Shown one piece after another: positions 17,961 to 32,122 of a stretch of 64,000 bases of DNA (positions within the stretch are counted from its first letter, which is position 1; each line of letters opens with the position of its first letter). The stretch is from positions 32,547,648-32,611,647 of the forward strand of contig NC_092673.1 of assembly GCF_964355755.1 (NCBI RefSeq). Direction: 5' to 3'. The position numbers and the translations under genes are program-made. Source of the stretch: Antedon mediterranea. Lineage: Eukaryota > Animalia > Echinodermata. The notes beneath the pieces were generated by a model. That model saw nothing but the letters and a program-made list of their open reading frames with translations, had not been told where the DNA came from and searched no databases.

Positions 17961-19142
17961 ACAGAAAAAAGGCTGCGAGCATGTTTGTGGACAAGTAAAG
18001 CAATAGGAAGAAGAGATACCAAATGTCACAATTGAATTTTATAAGAAAATAATATTGAAGTTTCACCAAGCCTCAAGTCAAATGGTTGTAGCAACGAAGA
18101 GGGCGTTATTTAACTTAATTTGAACAGAACGCCTTTGTTAGCCTAGAACATAGAAAAACCGCAGATTTGCACGGAGTGCATTGCCGAGTTTAAATGTTTA
18201 AACAATTGTTTTGAATCTAAATAAAAAAATATCCACAGAAAAGACATTACTAAAATTAATAATATTATAAAGTACTGTAATTCCTATAAATGGCATCTAA
18301 CAAAACAACATTTTAGTAATAAGTAAAGAATAACAGAAGACTAAAGGAAGGCGGGTCAAACTATATCGATTTCGACAAAAATGACGAGAAAAATCAGTAA
18401 CAGTTTCGTTTTACAAGTTGCTAAATAAAAGATGAAATTGCAACATCCATTATGACACCAAACTGTCTCAATGTTGACGCGCGCGTACTAAATGTGTCAT
18501 CAGTATTTGAACGCACATGTTAAATGCTAATAAGTCCTTTTTGGATACAAAAAGTAGACGCGCGCGTACCACAATCACACTGTTGTTATCAACACTATGG
18601 AATTTTTCTCTGCAATGTGACTTGTTTGTCGTTAAAACTACGAAATATTCTTTCAGTAGGCCTAATAATAACCAATCATGAGGCGGCCCTGTGGGATAGC
18701 GAAATATTGCTGCCTACACAGCTCATGTTTCTTACACTGATATCACACTATCATCAATATTATTCAGAATTCGGAATAGTATCACAGCACATTAATAAGA
18801 AATGACCACTGATATAAAACGTATGATACTAATGCGACAAAAAACAATACACGCGGCAGATTGTACACGAATGTTAAGATAGGCTTTTATTTTTTAGGCC
18901 TAGCTATATATAACATTTTATTTTTGATACATAAAAACAGACATTTTGTATAAAAATGTATACTTGTAATCACTTAATACAGACTATTGTTTTGTGACAG
19001 CAATGTCGCGTGAACTATCTTACAGAATGTTTGGGTTTTGTTTATGAAGAAATGACCAGCGGGATAAACTTGATACTAATATGATGATGATGAATATGAT
19101 GATACTAATAATGCGACAGAATACTCATGTATACGAATGTTA

Positions 19143-19243
19143 AGCTAAACTAGTTTGACAAAAAAGTGTGATGTGCCCAAATATGGTAGTGACATCATCA
19201 TGTCCATTTTTGTCACATAAAGTTTGATAGTGTAGACAAAGCT
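19143..19243. mobile_element. PIF/Harbinger-like MITE with TTA TSD
   Basis: TTA|AGCT..GTTTGATAGTGTAGACAAAGCT|TTA. The family TIR AGCTCTGTCTACACTATCAAAC also occurs at about 21490-21531, 32632-32770, 36737-36810 and 61272-61378. Confidence 0.7.
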
Positions 19244-21209
19244 TTAGAAAATAGGCTTTTATTTTATGTACATTTTGTATAACAAACAATGTATACTGTT
19301 TTTATACAGTAAAAAGTGTCACCTGAACTATCTTTAAACTGAATGTTTTTTTTAAATCCACTCGATAAGGTCTACTGGTATTTCAATTTAATATTATTAT
19401 TAATATTATTATTTCAATTTTAATTATTTTGTTGTTTTCAAAAAACTTTTTACTTAATGATGGATACTGCTTTTACTGCATAGCGCGCGCTAAACACATG
19501 TTTAATTACCCATAATTTAACAAATATTTTATATAATAAGAAAATTCCACATAAATTATATTTCATAAATTCATGTGAACATGGCATAATAGCCTATTTA
19601 ATTATTATAATACACGGTTTCAAAAAAACGCTTTGCCCTATAATGAATTACGTTAGAAACTTGTTAATTGTAAAAAGTATAGTGTAAATTGAGAAGTTGA
19701 ACAAGAAAATTTCAGATTAAAAGTCAAGTCAAAATTAACGTTTATTTCTCTTTAAGTTAACAATAATAAATTACAATAATTTGATTAAACTAAGAGGGGC
19801 AAAATGACAAAAAAGTAAAGCTTGTCAGAGGCAGTCTGAAACTGAAAAAGAAGTTCATTGAAAGTTGGTATGGAGTAAAAACAAAACAGTATTGTATTTG
19901 CAACGTCATCAGTTTATTTAGTTAGGTAGAAGATACCAAAATATTTTAATATGAATGACAAAAATACTTATACATTATTTATAAAAGAAACGTTTTTTGT
20001 TGTTGATGTTAATAAAAGTATTACAACGATAATGAAAAACACATAATTAGAAACTAATTCCTTCATCATGATATTCTAATCTTACAAATATACTACAAAA
20101 CTGGACAGGTTTTAGATTGCGCGGACTGAATAAACTCGACATGCATATAATGTTCATGTAATTAATAATTCACGGATAACTATCCGCATTGTTGATTAAT
20201 TTAGCGAGGTAGCTTTGCAGTCGTGTTACACTAACACCTTTAAGGCATCCAACTGCAATATGATCATTTTCTGTGATGAATCGACTGATCACTGTTGTTA
20301 ATTCCAATTGTTTCTTAGCCGACGTGTTGTGTCAAATTACAGGCGATATCAAACGCGCGCCTTTTGATCCGTGTGAGCTCGTTCACACTGCGGTTATTTA
20401 CGCGTTTCAGTTGACCAATAAAACTTCGAGCTTGTTCACATTAGCGGCTTACATGATTGCGTCATCAAGCTGTGTCTACGCATTTACGTCAATCATTGCT
20501 AAGCTTTTCGCTGGTGCACAACGTTCACACTAAAGTAGAGTTGTCATGTTTACGTTGTCAAACACTAAAGCAGTGTTTCCATCTTGGCGAAAATTGCGTT
20601 CCAAACAAACGACGATACGTTGAATGAATATTACGTAAAGAGTATACACCATTAGATACACGCGTACACCAAACATTATACATTCGTACATCCTTTTTTG
20701 CACGCGCGCGTCGGCTTTAGTTTCCGCGCGAATGACTTAACCTTGTTCATCGCAGTATTCTGTATAAAATGAGAGCATTCATATCATATAATTAAAATCG
20801 CATTACCGATTATATTATTATGAAGTAGTTTTGTCAAGTTTTTCTAGTCGGCTTCGGATAAAAACCGTGTTGAGCCGACCCGCGCAGCTGTCAGGCCGTA
20901 TCACTTTCTTTGGCGAACAAGTCAAACGATACATTATTATGTGATATAAATTTACTAATGTGTCTAGAAAATTACACAATAATCTATAATAGTAGTCGAC
21001 TGTTTCTTCTTAAATCTTAATGTCATTTTGTTGGTAAACGCAATATCATATGTTTTCTTGTATTATTTTGAATATCAATACACTGCACTTGATAAAATAC
21101 AGTCAAAATGTATATATTTCTATATATTAGACCCAAACTTTACTGAAAAATTAAACAGAGGGAAGAAACACTACACTAACAAGCGACAATATTGAGAGTG
21201 AAAACTAAT

Positions 21210-21460
21210 TTTCGAACAAGAGATTCGAACTTAAAAATTGTCACTAACCGAGAATCGAACTAAAATGTTCCTTACAACCGAGACTGAGAATCAAATTCCA
21301 CTTGTCACTACCGAGATTCGAACTCAAATTGTTACACCAAGACTCGAACGAAACGTGTCACAACCGAGAATCGAACTAATTGTCACTAAACGAGACTTAA
21401 CCTCAAATTGTCCCTAAATGAGATCCGAACTAAAGTTGTTACTAACTGAGATACGACAAA
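21210..21460. repeat. Degenerate tandem repeat of about 28-30 bp (CGAGA(T/A)TCGAACT..AATTGTCACT)
   Basis: About 8 diverged copies. Confidence 0.7.
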
Positions 21461-21599
21461 CTCAGATTTTCAAAAACTGTTTTTGATAACAAACTTTTTT
21501 GTCAAACTAGTTTGATAGTGTAAACATAGCTTAACATTCGTTATAATTTTCTCGCGGATCACATGTGCGCAAGCCCCACTGAAACCAGGTGTGAGACCT

Positions 21600-21745
21600 T
21601 TTCGACATATTTTAATTCCTCCTTTTTCTTCTGGCACTGCTCATGGACCCCCATAGGCTCTAAGGCCCCTGAGTTAGCCAGCGAGCGTTCATAGCCGTTA
21701 AGCCACTGCCCAACCCTCCTAAATAGGGATGTCGACCCCACTAAC
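21600..21745 (-). repeat. Interspersed repeat shared with about 63130-63230 (+)
   Basis: GGCTATGAACGCTCGCTGGCTAACTCAGGGG..GAGCAGTGCCAGAAGAAAAAG versus GGCTATGAGCACTCACTGGCTAAACCCAGGG..GAGCAGTGCCCAGAGGAAAAAA. Confidence 0.55.
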
Positions 21746-23369
21746 AAAAGCTAGTAGTATAGTTTGCTTATTGTGCTAAACAAATATCGCTCCATTACAA
21801 CAAAGACGTTTATTACCCAACGTTATCTTATTCATTTATGTGCGATGCGGCGCCGATTATTTTGAATACATAATTAAATTTCTAATTATATTATGCCATT
21901 TATTCTAATAATCAATAACATGAATACCATCTCTTATTGTCTCTACTTATAAAAATTAATAAGAAACCGTTACATAATTACAAAGTGTAAATTGATATTA
22001 ATGTCTACGTTGTATAAACATTAAGTAGCGTTAATATGGACTTAAGAGTTTTAATTTACAGTCTTTTGAACAACATACTTAATTCATTTGCACGTTCTTA
22101 ACCAGTCAGCGTATCTGTTAAATCGTTACAACAGACCTTCAGATAATAATTTTATTGTGATGTATGATATTGTTTAGCAATAAGAATTTGTAATAGACGT
22201 TCTAAGAATCTAAACACAGCTATCAATTATGCAATAATTCCCGTTAGCGTGTTCGATATAAAGAATAAAACGTTCATAAAATAGACTATAAAACCCCTCT
22301 ATTGTTTTCCTCGTAACATTTATGTTTACTTATATAATTACATATACATATTTATAAGTATTGTATATAATATGCAATATTAGTTCGCATGCTGCTGTAG
22401 ATGAATAATACATACAAGAATACACAATAGACAAATTTATTGAAAAACACGAACATAAAAAAGACAATTTTTATTTTGAATTCTTTTTTTTTCTGATAAA
22501 AGTTGATAATTATTGTTGTCTTTAAATTTAATTTTTAAAAGTTTAAAAATCTCTCAAGATTGTTTTGTACAATCTGACCAGACTCGTATGTAAAAACTAG
22601 AAAATTAATAATAGATTAGTATATCGACAACCTACCGACCGACAGATTAATTTATTTATCCATTCAATTAACAACATTATCTATTATAAAAATCGTTAAT
22701 CTACGCTCACGTACAAATATCATTATTTAAATCAACATTTGAAAACGCGCGTACAAATGAATTATCAACCCAATTTGAACGCGCGCGTAAAATGTCTGGC
22801 TATGAGCCTACATTTCTGAATGACAAGAATTTAATACATCATGCATTATAAATATTACCTACCTAAGAAGTCGACCTAGTTTGCACTTAATTTCATAATT
22901 ATTAGAATATGATTACCATAATACACCCATATAAATGACATGACGAATAATCTATTAATATGATTTGTCATCATTTAATATTAATGTTTTGTAAAGTAGC
23001 GAATGTGAAGATCACATCACAAAGTTGAAACCACAGAATGCTTTTTAAAATGCAAAAAGAATAGGAGTTACTATGATATACAGGATCATGCAAAACAGGT
23101 GCTACATCTATTACCTGATATGTTTTTATCCTGTATAAATATGTTTTAAATTAAAAAAATAAATAAATATCAATCAATGGAATTTAACAGAAATGATAAC
23201 AGCATAAAAGGAACAAAAGTTGCAGTTCTTGCTGTACCGGAAATTGATTTGAAAAAAACAAACAAAAAACACCCCACAACAAATGAAAACTGGAAAAGAA
23301 AATTACTATTTTGTTTCACTATTAAAATTAAATTGTCTTTTTAACAATACGATTAAGTTTTGTTTGTAT

Positions 23370-23691
23370 TTAAGATGTCTCCCAAAAACATGAACAAAAT
23401 GAAGATTATGCCTAATTAAATCAGCCTTTGCATAGGTTATTTTGTAGTTTTAATGAAGTTAATCACTTCCTTAGCAAAAATTATGTTTTTATTCATAAAA
23501 TAACATAATAAATTGTTAACTTCAACCAAAAATCCATTGGCTGGCAGCCAATTTTTTGCTTTAAATTACAGTTTTTTCAGGTAAATAAATTTTGTTTAGA
23601 TCCAATTTTTGGTCAAAGTAGATAACTATTATGGGACATTAAAATAGCATATTCAACAGAAAGAATTGTACAAATTATTTTTCATCTTTAA
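23370..23691. mobile_element. Decayed copy of the 30921-31263 MITE family, opposite orientation
   Basis: Shares CCCAAAAACATGAACAA, GTTTTAATGAAGTTA, TTTTTGGTCAAAGT and GACATTAAAATAGCATATTCAAC blocks. Confidence 0.6.
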
Positions 23692-25530
23692 CTTAAAAAT
23701 CGAAGCGAAGAAAAAAATGTATTTGTTCATTTTATCCATTAGGCCTACAATTTACGATCTATTTTTATCTTTTCGATATAATCTATAACATTTGGTAATA
23801 ATACTTTTTGAAATATGTCGGTAAAACAATCTTGTTCATCCAACCATTTATAGAATGTACAAAAGAAAGTATCATTTTAAATTCTTATAAACTTAATATT
23901 CTCAACACGCGGCTCTTTTGTGTCTAATTATAACCCTTTAATTTGACACCGTTCTTATTTTTGGGCGCCACTTGCGCGTGCGGTAAGGTTTCAAATTACC
24001 GATAAAATAGTGTAATAAATACAGTAATCTTTATGATAAGTGAATGATTAGTTTCACAATCAATATACAAAACGTTAACAAATGAAACACATTTTGACAC
24101 ACCATACATCTGTCGAGATACCATCATCATCAAAATTAATTTTGTCTGTAATAAGATCGCGTTAGAAAGTTGTATCTGATCGATTTGAGACCACCAGTCA
24201 ATAGCGACATGCGGGTGTGACTTTACACATCAACTACTACCAATTACAAGCTGTTGATCACCGTAATTTGTTACAATATAAAACAATTGTTACCGCTTAC
24301 AAGAGATGGTAAATAGTCCTTAAGGTGAAGTCTACTACTTGATATGCTAGGCCTAAGCTACTTGAAGACAAGTCAATAATGTATTGATAAATATTTAAGT
24401 ACTTGTATCGAACGAATCGAAGTTGATACGAGTGCAGTAATAAACAAGTCATTATATCAATACGAAATGACAGAGTGATAACTTGTAAGATTAATTAACG
24501 CAAGGCGTCGTTAGCGTATCTGTATTTTTGTACTAGTTTTTTATTAACAATTGTATGAATTATAGCGCGTCGAACAAACACAAATATCAGATCTGTCTAC
24601 GCGGGAAAACGTCAATATAAAATAAGCGGGAAGCCAACGGAAAAGAGAGTTTAATTTGGTTAAAATGCACGTTTTACGAACACAAGTAGTTTATAGTCTG
24701 CGTATTGAACACCTTATCACTGTTAGAAGAGATCCATTTATCTTATATTATGACACGATCGTCTTTGAGTGGGTAATCAATTAATCCTATAAACGTAATA
24801 ATTATTCTTGTAATAATACGCTCGTCAAAGAAAAGCTGTTTAATTCTCACGACGTGTGTACTTTATAATTTCTTAGCAGCAACTTAAATTTTAATTACAT
24901 TAACGCCGAAGACGTTAAAATATCATTCAAAAAACGACCAACTCATCAATTGGTGTAAAATAGACTCGGCAACGCAGAGGTGAAGTCAAAGAAGTCTCCC
25001 AGTTGGTATATGCTTCGCGTGCGGCGTCTGAGTGTGACATTTTAATTTTGTAGGACTACAATTAATTTATTTTAGCTGCATATCGTTTTTAAAGATAATT
25101 TGAAAGCTAATGAATTCGATTAATTTGAAATGTTTCAATGACTGTGTGTGAAAAAAAAATTATCCGAGATTCGAATTAGTTCCCTTTTATGTCATGTAGG
25201 CTTCACCATGACGTCACGAACACTGCCTTACTATCACTGCTTAGTATAGGCATAATAATAAAAGTTGCACGACTTTGAATAGGCCTAAGTTTTAATGAAG
25301 TTAATAAATTCCGTCTTATGAGAAGACAAAATAAACGGTTAAATTCAACAAAACCCCATTGACTCACAGTAAATCTAACTATTTTATGCTTTCAATAATT
25401 TTTTTTCAGGTAAATAATTTGTATCGATCCAATTTTTGGACAACGTGAATAACACTACTATGTGCAGGCATCGAAAAAACATTTTCAACAACAAAAATTT
25501 TTTTTTAAGTCATGTTGCGCACCTCTGACG

Positions 25531-25895
25531 TCAATTCAATTCAATTTTTTGAATTGAATTGAATTGAATTGAATTGAATATCGACGTCTAAGGTTATCGA
25601 TATCACCGCCTGAGGTTATCGATATCGACGCCTAAGGTTAGCGATATCGACAACTAAGGTTAGCGAATCGCCGCCTGAGGTTATCGATATCGACGAAATG
25701 TAAGCGATATCAACACCTAAGGTTTAGCGATTTAGATGTTTATGTTGCGATATCGACGTTTATGTTGCGATATCGACGCCTAAGGTTAGCGATATAGACG
25801 CCTAGGTTAGCGATATAGACGCCTAGGATTGGCGATATAGACGCCTAGGATTAGCGATATCGACGCCTAAGGTTAGCGATATCGACGCCTAATGT
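25531..25895. repeat. (TCAAT)n/(ATTGA)n inverted microsatellite followed by a 21-22-bp minisatellite ATATCGACGCCTAAGGTTAGCG
   Basis: Direct reading; about 14 minisatellite copies. Confidence 0.88.
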
Positions 25896-26190
25896 TAGTT
25901 AATGATTGGATGTAAAAGGAAGCGATGGCTTGGTCAGGTACTATGAGAAAATGTGTGGAATCGGCTAAGAAAGGAGAAACGTAAAACTACTAGCTAACAA
26001 GCAAACCTAGAAAATAGACAAACTGACAACCTTACTACCAAATACCACATACATCACAAACTCATAAATAGGCAAAACGATATAAATAAAGAAAATAAAA
26101 AGTATGGAACGCCTAATTTGGAGTTCAAGGTTTTTAATGATACCGTGTATTAAAAATACAAAGCTAATAATAATATAACGAGTTTGAAGT
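25894..26190 (+). repeat. Local direct duplication, second copy at about 28770-29021
   Basis: Shared TAAAACTACTAGCTAACAAGCAAACCTAGAAAATAGACAAACTGAC and AAAATAAAAAGTATGGAACGC blocks. Confidence 0.85.
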
Positions 26191-29100
26191 TGGGTAAAGG
26201 TAGTCTACTTCGCGTGACTTGTTTTCAAAGGGCTTAGGCCTACTATCTACGCGTTGCAATCAAACAATAATAATCTATTAATTTCTACAGAATAATATTT
26301 ATTGCTACATATAATAATACCGTAATAGAACAATTCGTAAAAAGTCAAACAAGACCAAATGTTGATAATAATGGAACGCCTTTTACACGCGCACGTCTAC
26401 TTCTTGGTGACAACAATGTATTTATTGTGTAATAGATAGCTTGTTGTAGGCCTACAAGGACAAATATTGACATAAAAAAAATTAGACAATCGAAGATATA
26501 CAAAGTAATGTTTTCTGGTTAATCTGTTGTTTAAGAGAATACTAAATTCTTTCTTTAAAAAAAATATTTTATTATCACAAACAAAACGAAAATTTGCAAT
26601 AATCTTTTGTAAAACAAATTTATTATCATTTAAAATACAATTTAGAACATAACATGCAAAACAAACGCGAAGATCAAGGATTTCTTTTATTTTACCCAAA
26701 ATAAAATCCATTAAATGTTTTATTTTTGTTGGGTAATCTATTAACTTTTGTGAACGAATGCAGCCTTGTGAAGTCTTTTACTGAATATTAATTTCGATTG
26801 TCATAAAACCGTATTAATTTAGTTAATTAAATATATTGTTTTTATAAAATTATCTCCCGTTTTAAAATTTAGAATCGGGTGTACTGTACAGTGTCATAAA
26901 CTTTATCTCCAGTGAAATGACAACGTTTGATATATTAAAAAAAAACGATCATTACAATAAAACGCAGTTGGTACAATTTGAGTTGAGTTTAATCTATATA
27001 TAAATTTACGTAAGGGCAAAATTCGGTAAATCGCGCCTTACTTCTAGAATTTTTACTCGATGGTATATAAAGTTGGTTCGTACTTTCGGTACTGATTTTA
27101 ACCACCTGATGTAACCCTGTTTACTAATTAAATTAAGTTAGATAATAAGTTATTGACGGTTAAAACGAATTTAGGTTCCAAGATTTGCCCCAAATAGGGG
27201 TGTTTTCCGACCGTGGTATACACTGTATAATGGATGTCCGTCTTGAAAAATACCCGCCACAAAAATGCGAGGAGGCTTCGCATTTTCCTATCTCCTCCTA
27301 CGATAATTGTTTTTAATAGCTGAAAACCGGTTGAACAGCTAGAGTACACCATCATAATGTTGAAGACAGGCCGATTTTCTTTAAAAAATACTATTTTGAT
27401 AGATTTAATATACGATTATACAAATCTATTGATTTGCGATGAATGGAACATCCCAATCTCTCAGTCTGCCAGAGTTTGGTTTAACACAATACTGTAGGTA
27501 AATTTATGAGCCCTTGGTTTAACACATACGGTAGGTAAATATATGGGCCCTTTGAGAATAAACTTGCGAGATTGTGGATAGGCCCTACTGTTAGATATAT
27601 AAACACATTATTATATACAAATACACTTTATACTGACAGTTCTTTCTCAACGTTTGTATTAATTAATAATTACCAAATATAAACGTCGTAGTGGTGTATC
27701 GTGACATGGTACTTTAATATTTCAATCGATTATGACAGTGACAGTTTTAACTAAACTAAATAAAGAATGTTCTCTAATATAATTAGGAATCTCTTGCCAT
27801 ACACGGGGAAAATTAGTGTACAATGAATATTTAAAATAAATAAATAAATAAATAAAATAAAAAAAGTATTAAATCGCAAATGTTTTACTGTATTTAGAGG
27901 TATATTATTTATAGGCCTATAAAACATGAAAAAAATATTTCGTTACTGAGTGGATAAAGAATATATTTAAAAATTGTTCCTCTTTGTACCTATCCGCTTT
28001 CCCATCCCTCAACCCTAATGTTACATACAAAACACAAATTGGGTTTCTTTAAATGAGTTCAAATCAAAAACTTGGACTCATTTTGTGATAAGTTTCTCCT
28101 TCGGAAGTATTTCCCAGGGTGCTAATTTTAGTTGACTACATAAATCATCGTGTCTATTTATTCGTTTCTGTAAACGACAATGTATAGGCCTATAGTCCTG
28201 CGGTACGTACATTTGAAATCGCCAGTTTTGTTACGCTGAAATTACTGTGTATTCGAGAACCATCTGTGGGCACGACCTAGATGGTACGCGAGCGAAGCGA
28301 GCGTACCATCTAGTTTTAAATAAATTACAATTCCTACAAAAACGTAATAGGCCTACGATTTATTTCATTCCTCCACACGATTGTGAAGTATAAAAGAACT
28401 ATAGGTGGCAGCAGACACTATTTTCAACTCAAGACAGTATACTGAAAAAGGATATCATGGAGTATAATCGACAAAAACACGGAATTCCACACAAAAATAA
28501 CAAAATATTTAGGTGTTTAAATTCTTTCATAAACCGAATCAATTAACATTATTTCCAATAAAGAAAATAACAAGAATCTATTGTTATTTGTTTTAAAATT
28601 CGTTTAATTTCAATTTACAATATATTAAACGCAAAAAAAAACATGCAGTAAAAAAGCTCACTACACAAGTGTATATAATTAAAAAAACAAGCCACAAGAT
28701 GATACTAATATAAGGCACCAGACACTATAATTATTATGAATTTCACAAAATTTGATTGGGAATCGATTTAGTTAGTTTGATTGGATGTAAAAAAGGAAGC
28801 GATGGCCTAAGAGAAAATTGTTTGGAATCGGCTAAGAATGGGGAAGAAAATTAAAACTACTAGCTAACAAGCAAACCTAGAAAATAGACAAACTGACGAA
28901 CTTACTACAACATATTAAAAACACAAACTCATAAAACAATATAAATGAATAAAATAAAAAGTATGGAACGCTTAATTTGGATTTCAATGACGACGTACCG
29001 TTTAAAAGTACAACGAGTTTGCATGATGATTTTTAAAATTACATACTAGCTGAATGACCAGAGACTATTTGAATTTTAACAAACTTTGATTCGGCATCAT

Positions 29101-30920
29101 CGATTTTCCAAGTGGAGTCACATAACTGGCCTACATACTATAATTCAGGTGTCCAGTTAATAAAGAAAAAACATGTATACAAAATAATATAGGAAATATT
29201 ATATACGGTATATTAAAATACTTAATATCTAGGCCTAATATAAAAAGGTGAATCCATCTTCTGAATATGGCACATATTACGATTTAATAGGATACTTTAG
29301 TGGGTGTTACTCTTCTTCGATGTGTATTTACTAGTAAAAAAGTCCTGTGAGACGCGGCATTTTGCAACCGTTGTAGATGCAATAATTGTTTTTTCGTGGT
29401 CACTTTCATTATCAATGTGATACGATTACACACAATAAATAGTAAATGTCAGTGGTATTTCACTGCTTTCATCCTAAGAGAGCTTTTATGATGATTTTTA
29501 ACTAGGCAGTGTGTCTGCAGCACGCGCCGTTGGGACCTGTGATATAGGTATGATGATCAAGAACACATGATTTATACACAATAAGCGCATCTTCACGAAT
29601 CCACTTAAGTGTTTAAATTACAAAATCATTTGTAATTAGTATATCCTTCTAATTAGCGACCGTTTTCGGGACAGGGGTTTTATTTTTCGTTAAATCCTAA
29701 TCCTAAACCTAACCATGATGGTGGTTATACCCAAAATCTCGGGCACATGTTGTTGATGTAAAAGGGTATGCTAAATACACGTATCAAAATGTATTGGATA
29801 AATCGTTATTTCAAATCAAAACTCGCATTTATATACAGTAGTTCTTTTAACAATTCTGAAATATAACATTATTCATAACATCAACACATTTATGTAATCG
29901 CGTGCGTCGTTTTTAGTATTGTTTCCTTTTCAAATAAAACATTCAAAAGTAATCCTATTTTGTTTTTTTATTTATTTTTTTATATTAAATAGACAACTTT
30001 TATGCTTTTATTTCCGAATCAGTATTGGCGCTTTTGTAAATCGGGAATTAAGGTTAAAAAAAAAGTATTTCGTAGTCTTATTTCCTTTTAATTTCAATAC
30101 ACATGATCGTTATATATTTAATTGCGGTATTATTTTTTATCTGTTGTATTAATTTTGTTTAAACTAATTGTGTAATTTACTGTTTCCCTCCTTTGTTTGG
30201 TACTAGGACTTCCAAAAGCCATAATAAATATATATTGTTATGCAAGTTTCGAGTTTTTGTTAATTCTATAAGAAAACTGGGGCAATAAATTGCGCGTCTA
30301 ACTTAATAAGTCTCCACATATTTTGTTATAGCGCATACTACCTTTGTTCTCATTTTTCAAATAATGTATTGTTTTCTTAGCAAACTGGGACATTCGGAAT
30401 GTATAAATACGTTGACTCCATAAACCTTATCGTTTTTGATATCTCAAGATTCGAGTTAATAACGCTATTAAACTTCTCTCAAAACGACACTCTAGGAGCT
30501 ATTACAAAACATGTTATTCATTTGCGATATATATTTAATTTCATTGATGATATTCGACACCAAAAGGTAGGTTGGGTACGTCTGTCAGCGAACGCGTCGA
30601 GTCCGTGTTTATTTCATCAGTTTCTATATTCTATTGTGTCTCAATTTGTATACGTAGGTGAATAGTCCATACAGCGACACGTAGACATATAAAATACACA
30701 GCAGAGACACGATTCTTTCTTGTAAAGCGAACCGAATCACTCTCCGGGAATAATAAGTATGCATTTCTGATAACGTTAAGAAAACCCTACAAAATTACAA
30801 ATCTTAAAACTACAAAAGAAAAAGTCAAGAAAATATTTGATATTATAAAAGAACTTTTAAAAAAACATTTAATTACAATCGTGTAACAATATGTATTTTT
30901 TGTATTAAACTTGTATTTAA

Positions 30921-31263
30921 AGATATATTGTTCCCCATACAAATATTTTTTTAAAATTTTGTTGTTGAATATGCCATTTTAATGTCACATAGTTATTCAC
31001 TTTGACAAAAAAAAAATTAAAAACAAATATTTTCCTGTAAAAAACGTATTTAAAAGAAAACAATACCTAAATTGTCTGTCAGGCAATGGTTTTTGGTTAA
31101 AATTAACCGTTTCTTTTGTCTTTTAGTATAGGCCTAAGTGAAATAATTATTTTGTCGATTTTTTTTTTTCAACAGAAGTGAATAACTTTATTAAAACTGC
31201 AAAATGGCCTATTCAAAATCTGATTAATCTTTATTGTTCATGTTTTTGGGGGACAATACATCT
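30921..31263. mobile_element. Kolobok-like MITE with TTAA TSD
   Basis: TTAA|AGATATATTGTTCCCC ... GGGGGACAATACATCT|TTAA. Related copies at about 23370-23691, 25265-25500 and 59420-59650. Confidence 0.75.
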
Positions 31264-32122
31264 TTAATTAAAAGTGGCTTGTACTATAATGCTAGAAGGC
31301 TTCTTTGTGTATAATTAAACTGTTATGTTATTGTTTATACGTATTAGATATTGTTTCAGTTTATTGAGTCACTATTTAATAATATATAATTGCATACAGA
31401 AAAGGCGAATTAATTCTGACCTTATCCTGTTTAAGACCTTTTTAGATCTTATATTTTTAATTTGAAATTACCTTTGATGGTGTTTTAATTAATTTATTTA
31501 GATTATATTATAAGGTAATACTGGATAATTACACTAATAATCAAGTGATTTGTGACGAGTTATAATGAAAATGCAATTAGTAGAAATATACTTTAAAATG
31601 GTAACGTAATCGTTGAAGAGTCTACGAACATTTTTCTTATTATTATTCTCTGTTACAATATTGCATGTTGTATCAAACTTAAGAGTTAAAGTTCTGTTGT
31701 ATCTTTTTTGATTAAAATACAAAATCTAATTTAAAATATAAATCGCCTTTTTACTGTCAAATTTAGAAGTGTTATTCTCAGTTTTAAACATATCTGTATC
31801 CTCCATGTGGCAATGTTTGAAATATCTGATATTATTCATATTGTTAGCCATCTTATAGAATTCTATGTACATCCTTCAGTTTCAACCACCTGGCCTGCAA
31901 CCACTTGGCCTGCCACATTGCCTTTGCAGCTCCTGCCATTCGGCCGGTTACAGCCCAACATACATTCTGCAACCAAACCTGCAACTCTCAGTTTATTTGT
32001 AATGCTGTATTTGGTCAGAATATGTTTCAAAATTCAAACACACTCAAATACCAAATACAGTAACATCAGTCACAATTTCATTTGTGTTTTCTCAATTTCT
32101 CAACAATGTTTTTGGAGCAAGT

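Noticed and set aside
29690-29715. Interstitial telomeric repeat (CCTAA-like)
   Set aside because: Only about 3 degenerate units; too short to support.
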